A DNA stretch of 64,000 bases from Pristiophorus japonicus (Eukaryota). The DNA lies in assembly GCF_044704955.1 (NCBI RefSeq), contig NC_091981.1:196974001-197038000 (forward strand), written 5' to 3'. Below, piece by piece: positions 1 to 14,200 of this stretch. The position numbers and the translations under genes are program-made. The stretch's first letter is position 1. The number at the start of each line of letters is the position of its first letter. Under the pieces are notes generated by a model. It was not told where the DNA came from and did no database searches. It saw only the letters and a program-made list of their open reading frames with translations.

Positions 1-709
1 CCCCCTCCCCACAACCCCCCGGACTACATTTGATGCATAGTGCAGGCTTCCGATCGCCTTCCAAAGCCCCGCACCCACCCGGGCTTGATTTGATGGATAG
101 TGCAGGCTTGTGATGCCTTACGATCATCTTCCACAGCACCCCACCTCCCCCCAATCGGGCTTCTTTTCTTTTGCAGCCGAGCCCTGAGCCCCTGTGTCCA
201 GGCGCGGGACCGATTCTGCCGGCCAATGCTCCGACCCTCGAACCCTGTTTGCAGACGTTCGGTGATGGCGTGTCAGTTGAAACAATATGAAAAGTTACAG
301 AATTCCATCAAACTTCCATTTACTGCATTATAAGGTAAAAAAAAAATCTTTATTATGTATATTTAAGTGTTCTTGACCCCCTCCAAAACTTCGCTGAAAA
401 ACAATGGTGTATTTCTGCACTGATTTTTCAATGTGCGCTGCTTTTTCTTAACTCACCAGAAGGTTTTTCGGAAGTGGTCAGATACACCGACCTAGGAGAA
501 ATTTTTTGGGAGCAAATTTTCATAATTGACAAAAACTGGCAGAGACATCGGATTACGCCCCCATGACTCAAAAAAAACTAACCTGAAAAAATCTTAACTA
601 ACTCAGTTATGCTGCCGCAGTTGCATTGGGGAAATTTAAATTTTTTAAACTTACGCCAAAAAAAGCAGCCAAGCCAAAAAAGGGCGCAAATCACGGGAAA
701 ATTGAGCCC
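1..709. mobile_element. Right end of a GGGC-terminal non-autonomous DNA transposon (PIF/Harbinger-like MITE)
   Basis: Ends ...gggaaaattgagccc, similar to the terminus aaacttgggccc of the 57820-59291 element. The left end lies outside the window. Confidence 0.5.
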
Positions 710-796
710 TATGTCTGAACATAAAACTGACTCCAATTTATACAACTAAAATTTCCTCAAGGAAATTCTGGAGAAAATGGTCCATCATAACTTCTT

Positions 797-1225
797 GGAG
801 TTATGTTCAGTGGGTAGCACCATCACCTCTGAGTCAGACATTGTGGGTTCAAGTCCTATACCAGAAGCTTGAGCACAAAAATCTAGCTAACACTCCAGTG
901 CAGTACTGAGGGAGTGCTGCACTGTAGGAGGTGCCGTCCTTCAGATGAAATGTTAAACCGAGGCCCTGTCTACTCGCTCAGGTGGACGCAAGGGAGGTAA
1001 TCCTGGTGTCTCAGCTAATACTTATCCCTCAATCAACATCATTGAAATAAATTGGTCATTATCACATTGCCGTTTATGGGAGCTTGTGATTCTAAATTGG
1101 CAGCTGTGTTTCCCTCATTACAACCGGGAATACACTTCAAAAGTACATAATTGGCTGTCAAGCACTTTGAGCCTTCTGAGGTCATGAAAGGTGTTATATC
1201 AATGCAAGTCTTTCTTTTCCTTTTC
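797..1225 (+). mobile_element. tRNA-derived DeuSINE (SacSINE1-like)
   Basis: Has a tRNA-like head (gggttcaagtcc B box), the Deu-domain text ctccagtgcagtactgagggagtgctgcactg...gttaaaccgaggccc, and an L2-like tail (tcaatgcaagtctttcttt). Confidence 0.8.
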
Positions 1226-1301
1226 CTTCTCATTCAGTTAATTTGTTTGTAATTGCTGAAGGTTGATAGACATATCACTTATACAGTTGCCCTCAGGATT
1301 A

Positions 1302-4300
1302 ACATAGAAACATAGAAACCTACAGCGCAGGAGGAGGCCATTTCGGCCCACCATGTCCACGCCAGCCGACAAAGAGCCGCACGGCCCTTGGTCAGCAGTC
1401 CTGAAGGTTACATATAAACCTATGAACAATGACGGAAAGACAAAGAGCACCCAGCCCAACCAGTCCTCCTCACAACTGCGACACTCCTTATACTGAAACA
1501 TTCCACAATCCACCCCAACCGGAGCCATGTGATCTCCTGGGAGAGGCAAAAACCGGATAAAAACCCAGGCCAATTTAGGGAGAAAAAAATCTGGGAAAAT
1601 TCCTCTCCGACCCATCCAGGCGATTGAAAATAGTCCAGGAGATCACTCTGGCCGTATTCGATTCCCTGCAGTACTTACCATTTATACTACGTTGGCCAAC
1701 AAAAGGTCATCCAATCTAATCCCTATTACCAGCTCTAGGTCTGTAACCCTGCAGGTTACGGCACTTTAAGTGCCCACCCAACCATCTCTTAAAAGTGGTG
1801 AGGGTTTCTGCATTCACCACTCTTCCAGGCGGCGAGTTCCAGATCCCCACAACCCTCTGTGTAAAGAAGCCCCACTCCCTCAAATCCCCTCTAAACCTTC
1901 CACCAACTGCCTTAAAACTATGCCCCCTCATAATAGACTCCTCCACTAATGGAAATAGACCCTTACGATCCACTATGTCCAGGCCCCTCAATATTTTGTA
2001 CCCCTCAATGAGGTCTCCTCTCAGCCTCCTCTGTACCAATGAGAACAAACCCAGCCTATCCAATCTGTCCTCATCTAAAATTCTCCATTCCAGGCAGCAT
2101 CCTAGTAAATCTCCTCTGCACCATCTCTAGTGCAATCACGTCCTTCCTATAATATGGCAACCAGAACTGCAAGCAGCACTCCAGCTGTGGCCTAACCAAA
2201 GTATTATACAATTTAAGCATAACCTCCCTGCTCTTATATTCTATGCTTCGGCCAATAAAGGCAAGCATTCCGTATGCCTTCTTAACCAGCTTATCCACCT
2301 GCCTGCTACTTTCAGGGATCTGTGAACAAGCACTTCAAGGTCCCTTCGTTCATCTAAACTATTAAGTGGCTTAACGCTTAATGTGTATACCCTTTCCTGA
2401 TTAGCCCTCCCAAAGTGTATCACCTCACAGTTCTCTGAATTAAATTCCATTTGTCATCGCTCTGCCCATCTGACCAGTAGATTGATATCCTCCTGCAGCC
2501 CATGACTTTCCTCTTCATTATCAACCATACAGCCAATTTTAGTGTAGTCTGCAAACTTCTTAATCATACTCCCTATATTCAAATCTAAATCATTGATATA
2601 TACCACATAAAGCAAGGAACCCAGTACTGAGCCCTGTGGAACCCCACTGGAAATATCCTTCCATTCACAAAAACATCCATCAACCATTACTCTTTGCTTC
2701 CTACCTCCAAGCCAATTTTGGATCCAACTTGCCACTTTGCCCTGGATCTCATGGGCTTTAACCTTCTTGACCAGTCTACCATGTGAGACCTTATCAAAAG
2801 CTTTGCTAAAGTCCATATACACTACATCGTACGCACTACCCTCATCGATCCACTTGGTTACCTCCTCAAAAAATTCAATCAGGTTAGTCAAACACGATCT
2901 TCCCTTAACAAATCCATGCTGACTATCCCTAATTAATCCTTGCCTATCCAAATGTAGATTTATCCTGTCTTTCAAGATTTTTTCCAATAATTTTCCCACC
3001 ACTGAGGTTAGGCTGATAAGCCTGTACTTACTCGGCCTATCCCTTTCTCCCTTCTGAGACAAGGGTACTACATTAGCAGTCCTCCAATCCTCCGGCACTA
3101 TGCCCAAATCCAAAGAGGACTGAAAAATGATGGTCAAGACCTCTGCTATTTCCTCTTTTACTTCGCTCAACAGCCTGGGATGCATTTCATCCGGGCTTGG
3201 GGACTTATCTACTTTCAAAGCTGCTAAAGCCCTTAATACTTCCTCTCTCACAATATTTATTTCATCCAGAATTTCACACTCGTCCTCGATAGCAGTATTT
3301 GCATTGCCCCTTTCCTTTGTGAAAACAGATGCAAAGTGTTCATTAAGAACCTTACCAACATCTTCCGCCTCCACACAAAAATTATCCTTATGGTTTCGAA
3401 TAGGGCCTACCCTTTCTTTAGTTACCCTCTTACTCTTAATATATTTATAGAATATCTTAGGGTTTTCCTTAATTTTACTAGCCAAAAATTTCTCGTGCTC
3501 TCTCAACATTCCTGATATCCTTTTTAATTTTGCCTCTTAACTTTCTATATTCCTCTAAAGATTCTATACTATTTAGCCGTTGGTATATGACATAAGCTCC
3601 CCTTTTTTTCTTTATCCTCCCCTGTAAGTCCCTAGACATCCAGGGGGCTCGAGAGTTATTATTCCCAATCTTTTTCTTTAAGGGCACATGTTTGGCCTGA
3701 GCCCTCTGGATCTCCTCCTCGAATGCCTCCCACTGTTCCGACACTGATTTACCCACAAGTAACTGTTTCCAGTCCACTATGGCCAAATCATTCCTTAACT
3801 TAGCAAAATTAGCTTTTCCCCAATTTGGGACTTTTATTCCAGGCCTATCCTTGTCCTTATCCATAACCAACTTGAATCTGACTGAATTATGGTCGCTGGC
3901 ACCCAAGTGCTCTCCCACTAATACCCCTTCAACCTGCCCAGCTTCATTCCCCAAAACTAAATCCAAGACCGCTCCCTCTCATGTTGGGCTAGCTACATAC
4001 TGACTAAAAAAGTTCTCTTGAATGCATTTCAAGAAATCCGCCCACTCTATACCATTCACACTAAATTTGTCCCAATCAATATTTGGATAGTTAAAATCCC
4101 CTACTATTACTACCCGATGGTTTTTAGACTTCACACCACTTGGACTACATATTTGCTCATCTATCTCCCTCCCACTGTTTGGGGGTCTATAATACACACC
4201 CAGCAGTGTGATCGCCCCTTTTTGAATTTTCAATTCGACCCATATGGCCTCATTTGATGATCCCTCCAACATATCATCCCTCCTCACCGCTGAAATAGTT

Positions 4301-4430
4301 TCTTTAATCAGTACCGCAACACCCCCCCCCCACCCACTTTTACCCCCCCCCTCTCTATCTTGTCTAAAAATCCTATAACCAGGAATATTGATCTGCCAAA
4401 CCTGCCCCTCTTTCAGCCATGTTTCTGTAA
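1302..4430 (-). mobile_element. CR1 LINE, 5'-truncated, with disrupted ORF2 (APE endonuclease and RT)
   Basis: ORFs 3979-4287 (GVYYRPP, GDFN), 2454-3509 (QHGF, DFSKAFD, GVPQGSVLG, KFADY) and 1716-2063. The (catagaaa)n tail is at about 1302-1320. Confidence 0.92.
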
Positions 4431-4547
4431 TGTGGATTTGGGAGGGAGGTTTAGAATATCAACTTTACCTGGACATTTTTCGAGATGACTGAAGGCACAT
4501 TTTAAAAGAACAATCATAATTCTAATCAATCTTTATTGCAACACAAA

Positions 4548-5317
4548 GGGGTAGAAATTGCTCCTCGGCCGAAACGGTGCACGCACCCCATTTGAATGTT
4601 TTTTACGCAGCTGCAGTTCAGGTTGACTATTGAGCGACAATCCGCTCTTTGTTTTTTCTCTCTTGGATCCGGTTGTTACTCTTAATGGGGGCGGTGGCAA
4701 CATCTGAGGGGTGGAAGTTGGGGGCGGTGCGGAGTGACTACCGTGATGATGTCATCATGGTGCCGCGATACCATGGCTCTCCCCTTCACTTAAAGGGGAG
4801 AGCCTCCGCGCTTTTAAAACTTCGGCCCACTGGGCCAGCAGGGAGGGTTTCGGCCAGACCAGCAGGGGTGCCAGACTGCCTGTTGGTGGCCCGGCCGAAC
4901 CCGGGGACGTAATTGTTGGGCCAACATGACAGTCGGCCAACAAAACAAAAACATGGAGGCAGCGGCAGTAGGTCCTCCCCTTTAAGGGAAGCCGCACAGC
5001 CATTGCAGAAGGCCACAGCCTCACTGGACTACCGGGAAAAAAACAGGTTTTGGCACCACAGGGGAGCCGAAGATTTTCAAAGGGGAATGTTGCCATCGGG
5101 GTGGTAGATCGGCGGTGCGCACGGTGATGACGCACTTACCATGGTTCGATAGCGGAGCGGTGGGGGGGCCGGAATTGGGGCACCGCTGGGAAATCTCAGA
5201 AGGGCAATTGGACTATCAGCAGCCATTCCACGAAGAGTCGGCGACTATTCCATTCTGCATTGTGGCCGCCGATTTGCGGTGGCAACAGGCCTTAAAGAGA
5301 GGCACAATTTCGGCCCC
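4548..5317. mobile_element. GC-rich MITE with GGGG(C/T)(C/A)GAAATTG termini (PIF/Harbinger-like)
   Basis: Left end ggggtagaaattg and right end caatttcggcccc form an imperfect TIR. Internal ccccttaaagggg motifs are shared with the element at 10490-16893. Confidence 0.7.
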
Positions 5318-6149
5318 AAGGTTTTCAACAGAATAAATGTAGGCGCACAGATTTTGGAGAGTGGGTATTTTCTATACAGGAGATTGCTGGAGATATGTGG
5401 ATTCAGTGAGTCTTCTTATACATCTTGTCTCATCTAATCACATCGTGGCACATTTCTGGTGAATGATCTTTGTTTTTTCAGTTGGATTTTTGGAGATTTG
5501 TATTTCCTTTAGCTGTGGAGTGTGTGTTTTGATTGACAGTGCAATACTTAATATACCGGATTCTAAAACCTGCCTGATTCATTTATGTCTCCAAGTAGTA
5601 CACATAGTGACATTGAAGAACCTTGCTCACAATTATGTATCGAAATAGTTTCCAGACCTAACTACTCTAAGAAGGTTAAAGTGGTAACTTGAGCTTTTTT
5701 GATAAACGGGTTAGAGATTAGTTGACAAATTTTCTGGTGTGAATAACTGCCCTTTTTAACACAAATAATTAGCTGCTGCTTGCCTCATCGTTGTACATTT
5801 ATTTTTTACTTTTGGATTGTACTGTTGTTAAAAGTTGGTATGTAATTGGCTCCGAAAACAGTGAACAATTTAGTTGATACGGTTAATAGAACTGTTCTTC
5901 CCTTTCAAAGTGTCAAAGTAGCTCCCATAGCAACAACACTGTCCCTTCCCCGCTATAGCTGGAGGGTAGACTGGGTCAGTGTACAATGTTTTTAAAGATG
6001 CTGTGAATGTCAAAGCTTGGTTAATTGTACTTGACCAGTATGAGAACTGACCACCAACAGTGCATGTTTTCTCTTCCTCCCTCCCAGTTGGTGAAGCTCA
6101 TTCAACAGAAGAAATCCAAACGTCAGCCAAAATGGTGAAATACTAGAAA

Positions 6150-7207
6150 CAGCGGAGGTCCAAAGAGACTTAGGAGGGGTCCATGTACACAGATCATTAA
6201 AATGTCATGGACAGGTACAACAAAAAAATCAAAAAAGCTAATGGAATATCTAGAGGAAAAGATTACAAGGGGTTAGAAGATAGAAACATAAAAACATAGA
6301 AAATAGGTGCAGGAGTAGGCCATTCGGCCCCTCGAGCCTGCACCGCCATTCAATGAGTTCATGGCTAAACATGCAACTTCAGTACCCCATTCCTGCTTTC
6401 TCGCCATACCCCTTGATCCCCCTAGTCGTAAGGATTACATCTAACTCCTTTTTGAATATATTTAGTGAATTGGCCTCAACAACTTTCTGTGGTAGAGAAT
6501 TCCACAGGTTCACCACTCTCTGGGTGAAGAAGTTTCTCCTCATCTCGGTCCTAAATGGCTTACCCCTTATCCTTAGACTGTGACCCCTGGTTCTGGACTT
6601 CCCCAACATTAATAAGAACATAAGAATTAGGAACAGGAGTAGGCCATCTAGCCCCTCGAGCCTGCTCCGCCATTCAACAAGATCATGGCTGATCTGGCCG
6701 TGGACTCAGCTCCACTTACCTGATATGCTGCAGATATACAAAGACGTGGTTAAGCCACACCTGAAGTACTGTGAGCAGTTCTGGGCACCACACCTTAGGA
6801 AGGGTACATTGGCTTGGAGGAGTGCAGTGTAGATTTATGAGAATAATACCTGGACTTCAAGTATTAAATTACAAGGAGAGATTACACAAATTAGGGTTGT
6901 ATTCTCTGGAATTTAGAACAGTAAGGGGTGAGTTGATTGAAGATTTCAAGAAATTAAGGGGAACTGATAGGGTAGATAGAGAACAACTATTACTGCAGGT
7001 TGGGGAATCGAAGACTAGGCGACATAGCCAAAAAATTAGAACCAGGCCTTTCAGGAGAGAAGTTAGGAAACATTTCTACATGCAGAGGGTGTTGGAAGTT
7101 TTTAACACTCTTCCGCAAACAGCAGTTGCTCCTGGATCAATTGTTGATTTTAAATCTCAGATTGATAGATTTCTGTTAACCAAAGGTATTAAGGGATATG
7201 GGCCAAA
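6150..7207 (+). mobile_element. Old CR1 3' region carrying two antisense CR1 3'-tail insertions (about 6277-6610 and 6612-6720); its tail resumes at about 9766-9870
   Basis: ORF 6771-7271 is CR1 ORF2 C-terminal text. The antisense tails begin catagaaa and cataagaa. Confidence 0.75.
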
Positions 7208-9765
7208 TGAAAAAGGGCCACATTACAGCAAAATTCTAAAGGGGAAAAGTGTGTTAAAAAGACAAGCCTGAAGGCTCTGTGCCTCAATGCGAGGAGCATT
7301 CGGAATAAGGTGGACGAATTAACTGCGCAGATAGCAGTCAACGGGTATGATACAATTGGCATCACGGAGACATGGCTCCAGGGTGACCAATGCTGGGAAC
7401 TCAACATTTAGGAAGGATAGACAGAAAGGAAAAGGAGGTGGGGTGGCATTGCTGGTTAAAAAGGAAATTAATGCAATAGTAAGAAAGGACATTAGCTTGG
7501 ATGATGTGGAATCGGTATGGGTGGAGCTGCGGAATACTAAAGGGCAGAAAACGCCAGTGGGAGATGTGTACAGATGACAAAACAGTAGTAGTGAGGTTGG
7601 GGACAGCATCAAACAAGAAATTAGGGATGCATGCAATAAGGGTACAGCAGTTATCATGGGCGACTTTAATCTACATATTGATTGGGCTAACCAAACTGGT
7701 AGCAATGCGGTGGAGGAGGATTTCCTGGAATGTATTAGGGATGGTTTTCGAGACCAATATGTCGAGGAGCCAACTAGAGGGTTGGCCATCCTAGACTGGG
7801 TGATGTGTAATGAGAAAGGGCTAATTAATAATCTTGTTGTGCGAGGCCCCTTGGGGAAGACTGACCATAATATGGTAGAATTCTTTATTAAGATGAAGAG
7901 CGGAACAGTTAATTCAGAGACTTGGGTCCTGAATTTAAGGAAAGGTAACTTCGATGGCATGAGACGTGAATTGGCTAGAATAGACTGGCGAGTGATACTT
8001 AAAGGGTTGACGGTGGATAGGCAATGGCAAACATTTAAAGATCACATGGATGGACTTCAACAATTGTACATCCCTGTCTGGAGTAAAAACGGAAAAGGTG
8101 GCTCAACCGTGGCTAACAAGGGAAATTAAGGATAGTGTTAAATCCAAGAAAGAGGCATATAAATTGGCCAGAAAAAGCAGCAAACTTGAGGACTGGGATA
8201 ATTTTATAATACAGCAGACGAGGACAAAGGGTTTAATTAGGAGGAGGAAAATAGAGTATGAGAGGAAGCTTGCTGGGAAGCAAAAGCTTCTATAGGTATG
8301 TGAAGAGAAAAAGATTAGTGAAAACAAACATAGGTCCCTTGCAGTCAGATTCAGGTGAATTTATAATGGGAAACAAAGAAATGGCGGACCAGTTAAACAA
8401 ATGCTTTGGTTCTGTCTTCACGAAGGAAGACACAAATAACCTTCCGGAAATATTAGGGGACCAAGGGTCGAGTGAAAAGGAGGAACTGAAGGAAATCCTT
8501 ATTAGGCAGGAAATTGTGTTAGGGAAATTGATGGTATTGAAGGCCGATAAATCCCCGGGGCCTGATGGTCTGCATCCCAGAGTACTTAAGGAAGTGGCCC
8601 CAGAAATAGTGGATGCATTGGTGATCATTTTCCAACAGTTTATCGACTCTGGGTCAGTTCCTATGGATTTGAGGGTAGCTAATGTAACACTACTTTTTAA
8701 GAAAGGAGGGAGAGAGAAAACGGGTAATTATAGACCGGTTCGCCTGACATCGGTAGTGGGGAAAATGTTGGAATCAATTATTAATGATGAAGTAGCAGCA
8801 CATTTGGAAAGCAGTGATGGGATCGGTCCAAGTCAGCATGGATTTATGAAAGGGAAATCCTGCTTGACAAATCTTCTAGAATTTTTTGAGGATGTAACTG
8901 GCAGACAAGGGAGAACCAGTGGATGTGGTGTATTTGGACTTTCAAAAGGCTGTTGATAAGGTCCCACACGAGATTGGTGTGCAAAATTAAAGCACATGGT
9001 ATTGGGGGTAATGTACTGACGTGGATAGAGAACTGGTTGGCAGACAGGAAGCAGAGTCGGGATAAACGTGTCCTTTTCAGAATGGCAGGCAGTGACTAGT
9101 GGGGTGCTGCAGGGCTCAGTGTTGGGACCCCAGCTATTTACAATATACATTAATGATTTGGATGAGGGAATTGAGTGTAATATCTCCAAGTTTGCAGATG
9201 ACACTAAGCTGGGTGGCAGTGTGAGCTGGTCTCCTAATCTGAGGAAGGACATTCTTGTTATTGAGGGAGTGCAGCAAAGGTTCACCAGACTGATTCCCGG
9301 GATTGCAAGACTGACGTATGAGGAGAGACTGGATCGACTGGGCCTGTATTCACTGGAGTTCAGAAGGATGAGAGGGGATCTCATAGAAACACATAAAATT
9401 CTGACGGGACTGGACTGGTTAGATTCAGGAAGAATGTTCCCGATGTTGGGGAAGTCCAGAACCAGGGGACATAATCTAAGGATAAGGGGTAAGCCATTTA
9501 GGACTGAGATGAGGAGAAACTTCTTCACTCGGAGAGTTGTTAACCTGTGGAATTCCCTACCGCAGAGAGTTGTTGATGCCAGTTCATTGGATATAGTGAA
9601 GAGGGAGTTAGATATGGCCCTTACGACTAAAGGGATCAAGGGGTATGGGGAGAAAGCGGGAAAGGGGTACTGAGGTGAAGGATCAACCATGATTTTATTG
9701 AATGGTGGTGCAGGCTCGAAGGGCCGAATGGCCTACTCCTGCACGTATTTTCTATGTTTCTATGT
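7208..9765 (+). mobile_element. CR1 LINE ORF2, near full length, with frameshifts and internal deletions
   Basis: ORFs 7347-7577, 7656-8129 (GDFN), 8258-8956 (KSPGPDG, NYRPV, QHGF) and 9068-9673 (FADD). It ends in a (tttctatg)n tail. Confidence 0.92.
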
Positions 9766-11025
9766 AATGTTGGTATATGGAGTTAGGTCACAGATCAGAC
9801 ATGATCTCATTGAATGGCAGAACAGGTTCCAGGGGCTAAATGGCCCACCCCTGTTTCTATGTTCCCATAAGACTAGAATTTGGATGCATTTCATAAGAAC
9901 ATAAGAACATAAGAAGTAGGAGCAGGAGTAGGTTATTCGGACTCTCGAGTTTGCTCCACCATTCAATAAGATCATGGCTGATCTTCTACCTCAACTCCAC
10001 TTTCCTTCATTATCCCTACATCCCTTGATTCCCTTAATATCCAAAAATCTATCGATCTCTGTCTTGAATATACTCAATGACTGAGCCTCCACAGCCCTCT
10101 GGGCTGGAGAATTCTAAAGATTCAGCACCCTCTGAGTGAAGAAAGTTCTCCTCAACTCATTTCTACATGGCCAACCCCATATTCTGAGACTGTGAGCTCT
10201 GGTTCTAGATTCCCTAGCCAAGGGAAACATCCTCCTTGCATCTATGCTTTCAAACCCTGTAAGAATTTTGTATTTTTTTTAATGAGATCAACTCCCATTC
10301 TTTGAACTCTTGAGAATATCGGCCTAATCTCCTCAATCCCTCCTCATAGGACAGGAATTAATCTGGTGAACCTTTGTTGCACACCCTCTATGAAAAATAT
10401 ATCCATCATTATGTAAGAAGACTAAAACTGTACACAATAGTGCATGTGTGGTCTCACCAGGGCCCTATATAATTGCATTAAGACATCTTGTGGCCGAAAT
10501 TCAGCTCCAACATTTTTGTCGTGTTTTGGACGCCGCAATGGATGCAGTGGCTCATCCTGCGAAATTCAGTTCTTTCTTTTTTTTTCGAGAATGGCGGAGG
10601 TTGGTCATAATGTGGGCGACAGTGGAGGCAGGACGGAGTCTCCGCCGCTGTCAGTCATCAGCACCAGGCTAGTAACGTCATCACGCTGGCACATTACAAT
10701 GTCTCTCCCCTTCAGTTAAAGGGGAGAGCCGCTGCAAGCTCTGCATCTTTTGGGATGCCAGGGAGGGTTTCGGCCAGGCTACTGGCCTGGCACCCAAGCG
10801 GGGCTGTCAGGCTGCCTTTTGGCGGCTTGGCTGAACCTGGGGGGAAAATTTTTCGGCTGACCTGGCAATCGGCCGAATAAATTAAATAAGATGGTGGCCG
10901 CGACAGTGCGCCCTCCCCTGTAATGGCGGGTGCAGTGCCATTTAAAAACAGTGCACTGACAGAAAAAGCTGTCTGGAGCAACGGCCAGCTGACATTGGCA
11001 GTGCATGCTTTGATGACGTACTTAG

Positions 11026-11233
11026 GGTTATGTATTTAACCCCTTGTAACCTTGTAACCTGCATCACACCTGTCCACCAGAGGGCCTACCTGTTGGAGTC
11101 CCAAGGAACCCCAGTATCCCTTGAGCAGGCCATCCATGAGGTACCTGCACTCTGGAACTACAATAAAGGAGCTAAGGTCACACTTGCTCATTACACACAG
11201 TACTCAGTCTGACCATTTATTATGAGTGTAACA
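11026..11233 (+). repeat. 5' LTR of the Gypsy element
   Basis: Direct repeat of 15283-15497. It starts (g)gttatgtattt with the TG mutated, ends tgtaaca and contains aataaa. Confidence 0.93.
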
Positions 11234-14200
11234 ATTGACGAAGAGGTAACGAACCATGCGAAAATGCAAAGAACAGTCAGCATCCTGGAGAAATTCTCAG
11301 AGGGGGACGATTGGGAGGCCTTCGTGGAGAGACCAATACTTCATAGCCAACGAGCTGAAAGGGGACGAGAACGTGACCAAATGAAGGGCGATCCTCAGAA
11401 CTGTCTGTGGGGCCACAACTTATGGCCTCATGAAGGATCTCCTGGTCCTGGCTAAACCAACAGAGAAATCCTACGAAGAACTGTGTACGCTGGTCCGGGA
11501 ACACCTAAATCCTAAGGAAAGTGTTTTGATGGTGAGATATTGGTTCTACATGTGTCAACGATCGGAGGGCCAGGAAGCTACATCATCGAACTAAGGCGCC
11601 TTTGCAGGACATTGTGAGTTTGAGGGATTCCAAGAACAAATGCTCAGAGTCTTTTTTGTACTGGGCATTGGACATGAGACAATCCTTCGCAAACTGTTGA
11701 CTGTAGAAACTCCGAATGTGAGTAAAGCCATAACGATAGCCCAGGCATTTATATCCACCAGCGACAACACCAAGCAGGTTTCACAGAAGACGTTTTGGCC
11801 AGTATTGTACATAAAGTAACATCGGTTTTGAGCAGAAATGTACAGGGCAGAATGTACACACCGGCTGCCACGGCCCGACCTCAAATGACCCAGAGTCCGC
11901 CATCATCTGTTAAAGCGAGGCAGTTAACATCCTGTTGGCACTGCGGGGGTGATCATCGGCCCCATCAATGCCACTTTAAACACTATGCCTGCAATGGCTG
12001 CAGAGCAATGGGACACCTCCAATGAATGTGCAGGCGAGCTGCAAACCCTGAAAAGAACCACGTTGCAGAGGAAGATCGGTCCACAGTGGATCAGACGGAA
12101 TTGGAAACTCATACTGAGGAGGCAGAGGTGTACGAGGTACACACGTTCATGACGAAATGCCCACCAATAATGTTGAAAGTTGAACTGAATGGTATTCCAG
12201 TGTCTATGGAGCTGGACACGGGGGCAAGTCAGTCCATAATGAGTAAAACGGCCTTCGACTTGATGTGGGGGAAGAAGGCACATAGGCCCAAGCTCAGCCC
12301 CATTCACACCAAACTAAGGACTTATACAAAGGAACTAATCCCTGTAATTGGCAGTGCTGAAGTCAAAGTCCCCTATGATGGAGCAGTACACGAACTCCCG
12401 CTGTGCATTGTGCCAGAGGATGGCCCCACGTTGTTTGGCAGAAGCTGGCTGGGGAAAATCTGCTGGAACTGGGACAATAAGCGAGCGCTCTCGTCAGTTG
12501 ATGACACCACATGTATCCAGGTTCCAAGCAAATTCCCTTCGTTATTTGAGCCAGGCATTGGAAGTTTCTCAGGGGCGAAAGTGCAGATCCATTTGATTCC
12601 CGGTACGCGACCCATCCACCACAAGGCTCGGGTGGTACTGTACATGATGCGTGAAAAAGTGGAAATCGAGCTGGACAGGCTGTAGCGTCAAGGCATCATC
12701 GCGCCGGTGGAGTTCAATGACTGGCCCAGTCCGATTGTTCCTGTACTCAAGGAGGACGGTACGGTTAGAATTTGCGGTGATTTTTAAGTAACGATTAACC
12801 GTTTTTCGCTGCAGGACCAGTACCCGCTACCCAAGGCAGACGGCCTATTTGCGACCCTGGCTGGAGGGAAGACGTTCACCAAGCTGGACCTGACCTCGGC
12901 CTACATGATGCAGGAGCTGGAGGAGCCGTCGAAAGACCTCACCTGCATCAACACGCACAAACGTCTGTTTATTTGCAACCGGTGCTCGTTCGGGATTCGA
13001 TTGGCTGCAGTGATCTTCCAGCAGGACATGGAAAGCCTGCTAAAGTCGGTTCCTTGTACAGTGTTCTTCCAGGACGACATATTAGTTAAAGGTTGAGACA
13101 CCATGGATCACTTGAAGAACCTGGAGAAGGTTCTTAGTCAGTTGGATCGAATGGAGCTCAGGTTGAAATGCTCGATGTGTGTTTTCCTGGCACAGGACGT
13201 CGAATTCTTAGGAAGGAGGATCGCAGCAGACAGCATCAGACCCACCGACACCAAGATGGAGGCCATCAAAAAGGCGCCGCGACCACGGAATGTGACCGAG
13301 CTGCGGTCGTTTCTGGGACTCCTTAACTACTTTGGTAATTTCCTACCTGGGTTAAGCACTCTGCTAGAAGCCCTGCATGCGCTACTGCGCAAGAGAGACG
13401 ACTAGGTATGGGGGAATTCACAAGAGGCTGCCTTTAAGAAAGCCATAAATTTACTGCGTTCTAACAAACTGTTTGTCCTGTATAACCCATGTAAACGACT
13501 AGTGTTAGCTTACGATGCATCGTCATACAGGGTCGGGTGTGTGTTACAACAGGCTAATGAATCGGGAATTTTTCAACCAGTTGCGTATGCATCCAGGAGC
13601 TTGTCCAAGACTGAAAGGGCCTACAGCATGGTTGAAAAAGAGGCTCTGGTGTACGTTTACAGGGTAAAAAAAATGAACCAGTACTTTGTTTGGCCTCAAG
13701 TTCGAGCTTGAAACTGACCTATTCTCGGAGAGCAAAGGGATCAATATCAATGCCTCTGCCCGCATCCAAAGATGGGCGCTCATACAACCATATAATTTGC
13801 CACAGACTGGGCACAGAGAACTGCGCAGATGCTCTCAGTCATCTACCATTGCTCACCACCAGGGTGGAAATGGCACAGCCAACGGACTTACTCGTGGTCA
13901 TGGAGGCATTTGAGAACGAGAAATTCCACGTTACGGCCTGCCAGATCAGGACCTGGACCAGCCAGGATCCTTTACTGTCCCTGGTAAAAAACTGTATCCT
14001 CCATGGGAGCTGGTCCAGTGTCCCAGTGGAGATGCAGGAAGCGATTAAGCTATTCCACAGATGCAAAGATAGCTGTCCCTGCAGGCGGGCTGTCTCTTGT
14101 GGGGCAATCACGTAATCTTGCCCAAGAAAGGCAGAGACACATTTATTGGGGAACTGCACAGCACTCACCCAGGCATCATGATGATGAAAGCCATAGCCAG

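Noticed and set aside
8833-9690. Recurrent antisense ORFs (for example SSANLEILHSIPSSKSLM) at many loci
   Set aside because: These are shadow frames of CR1 RT copies, not host genes.
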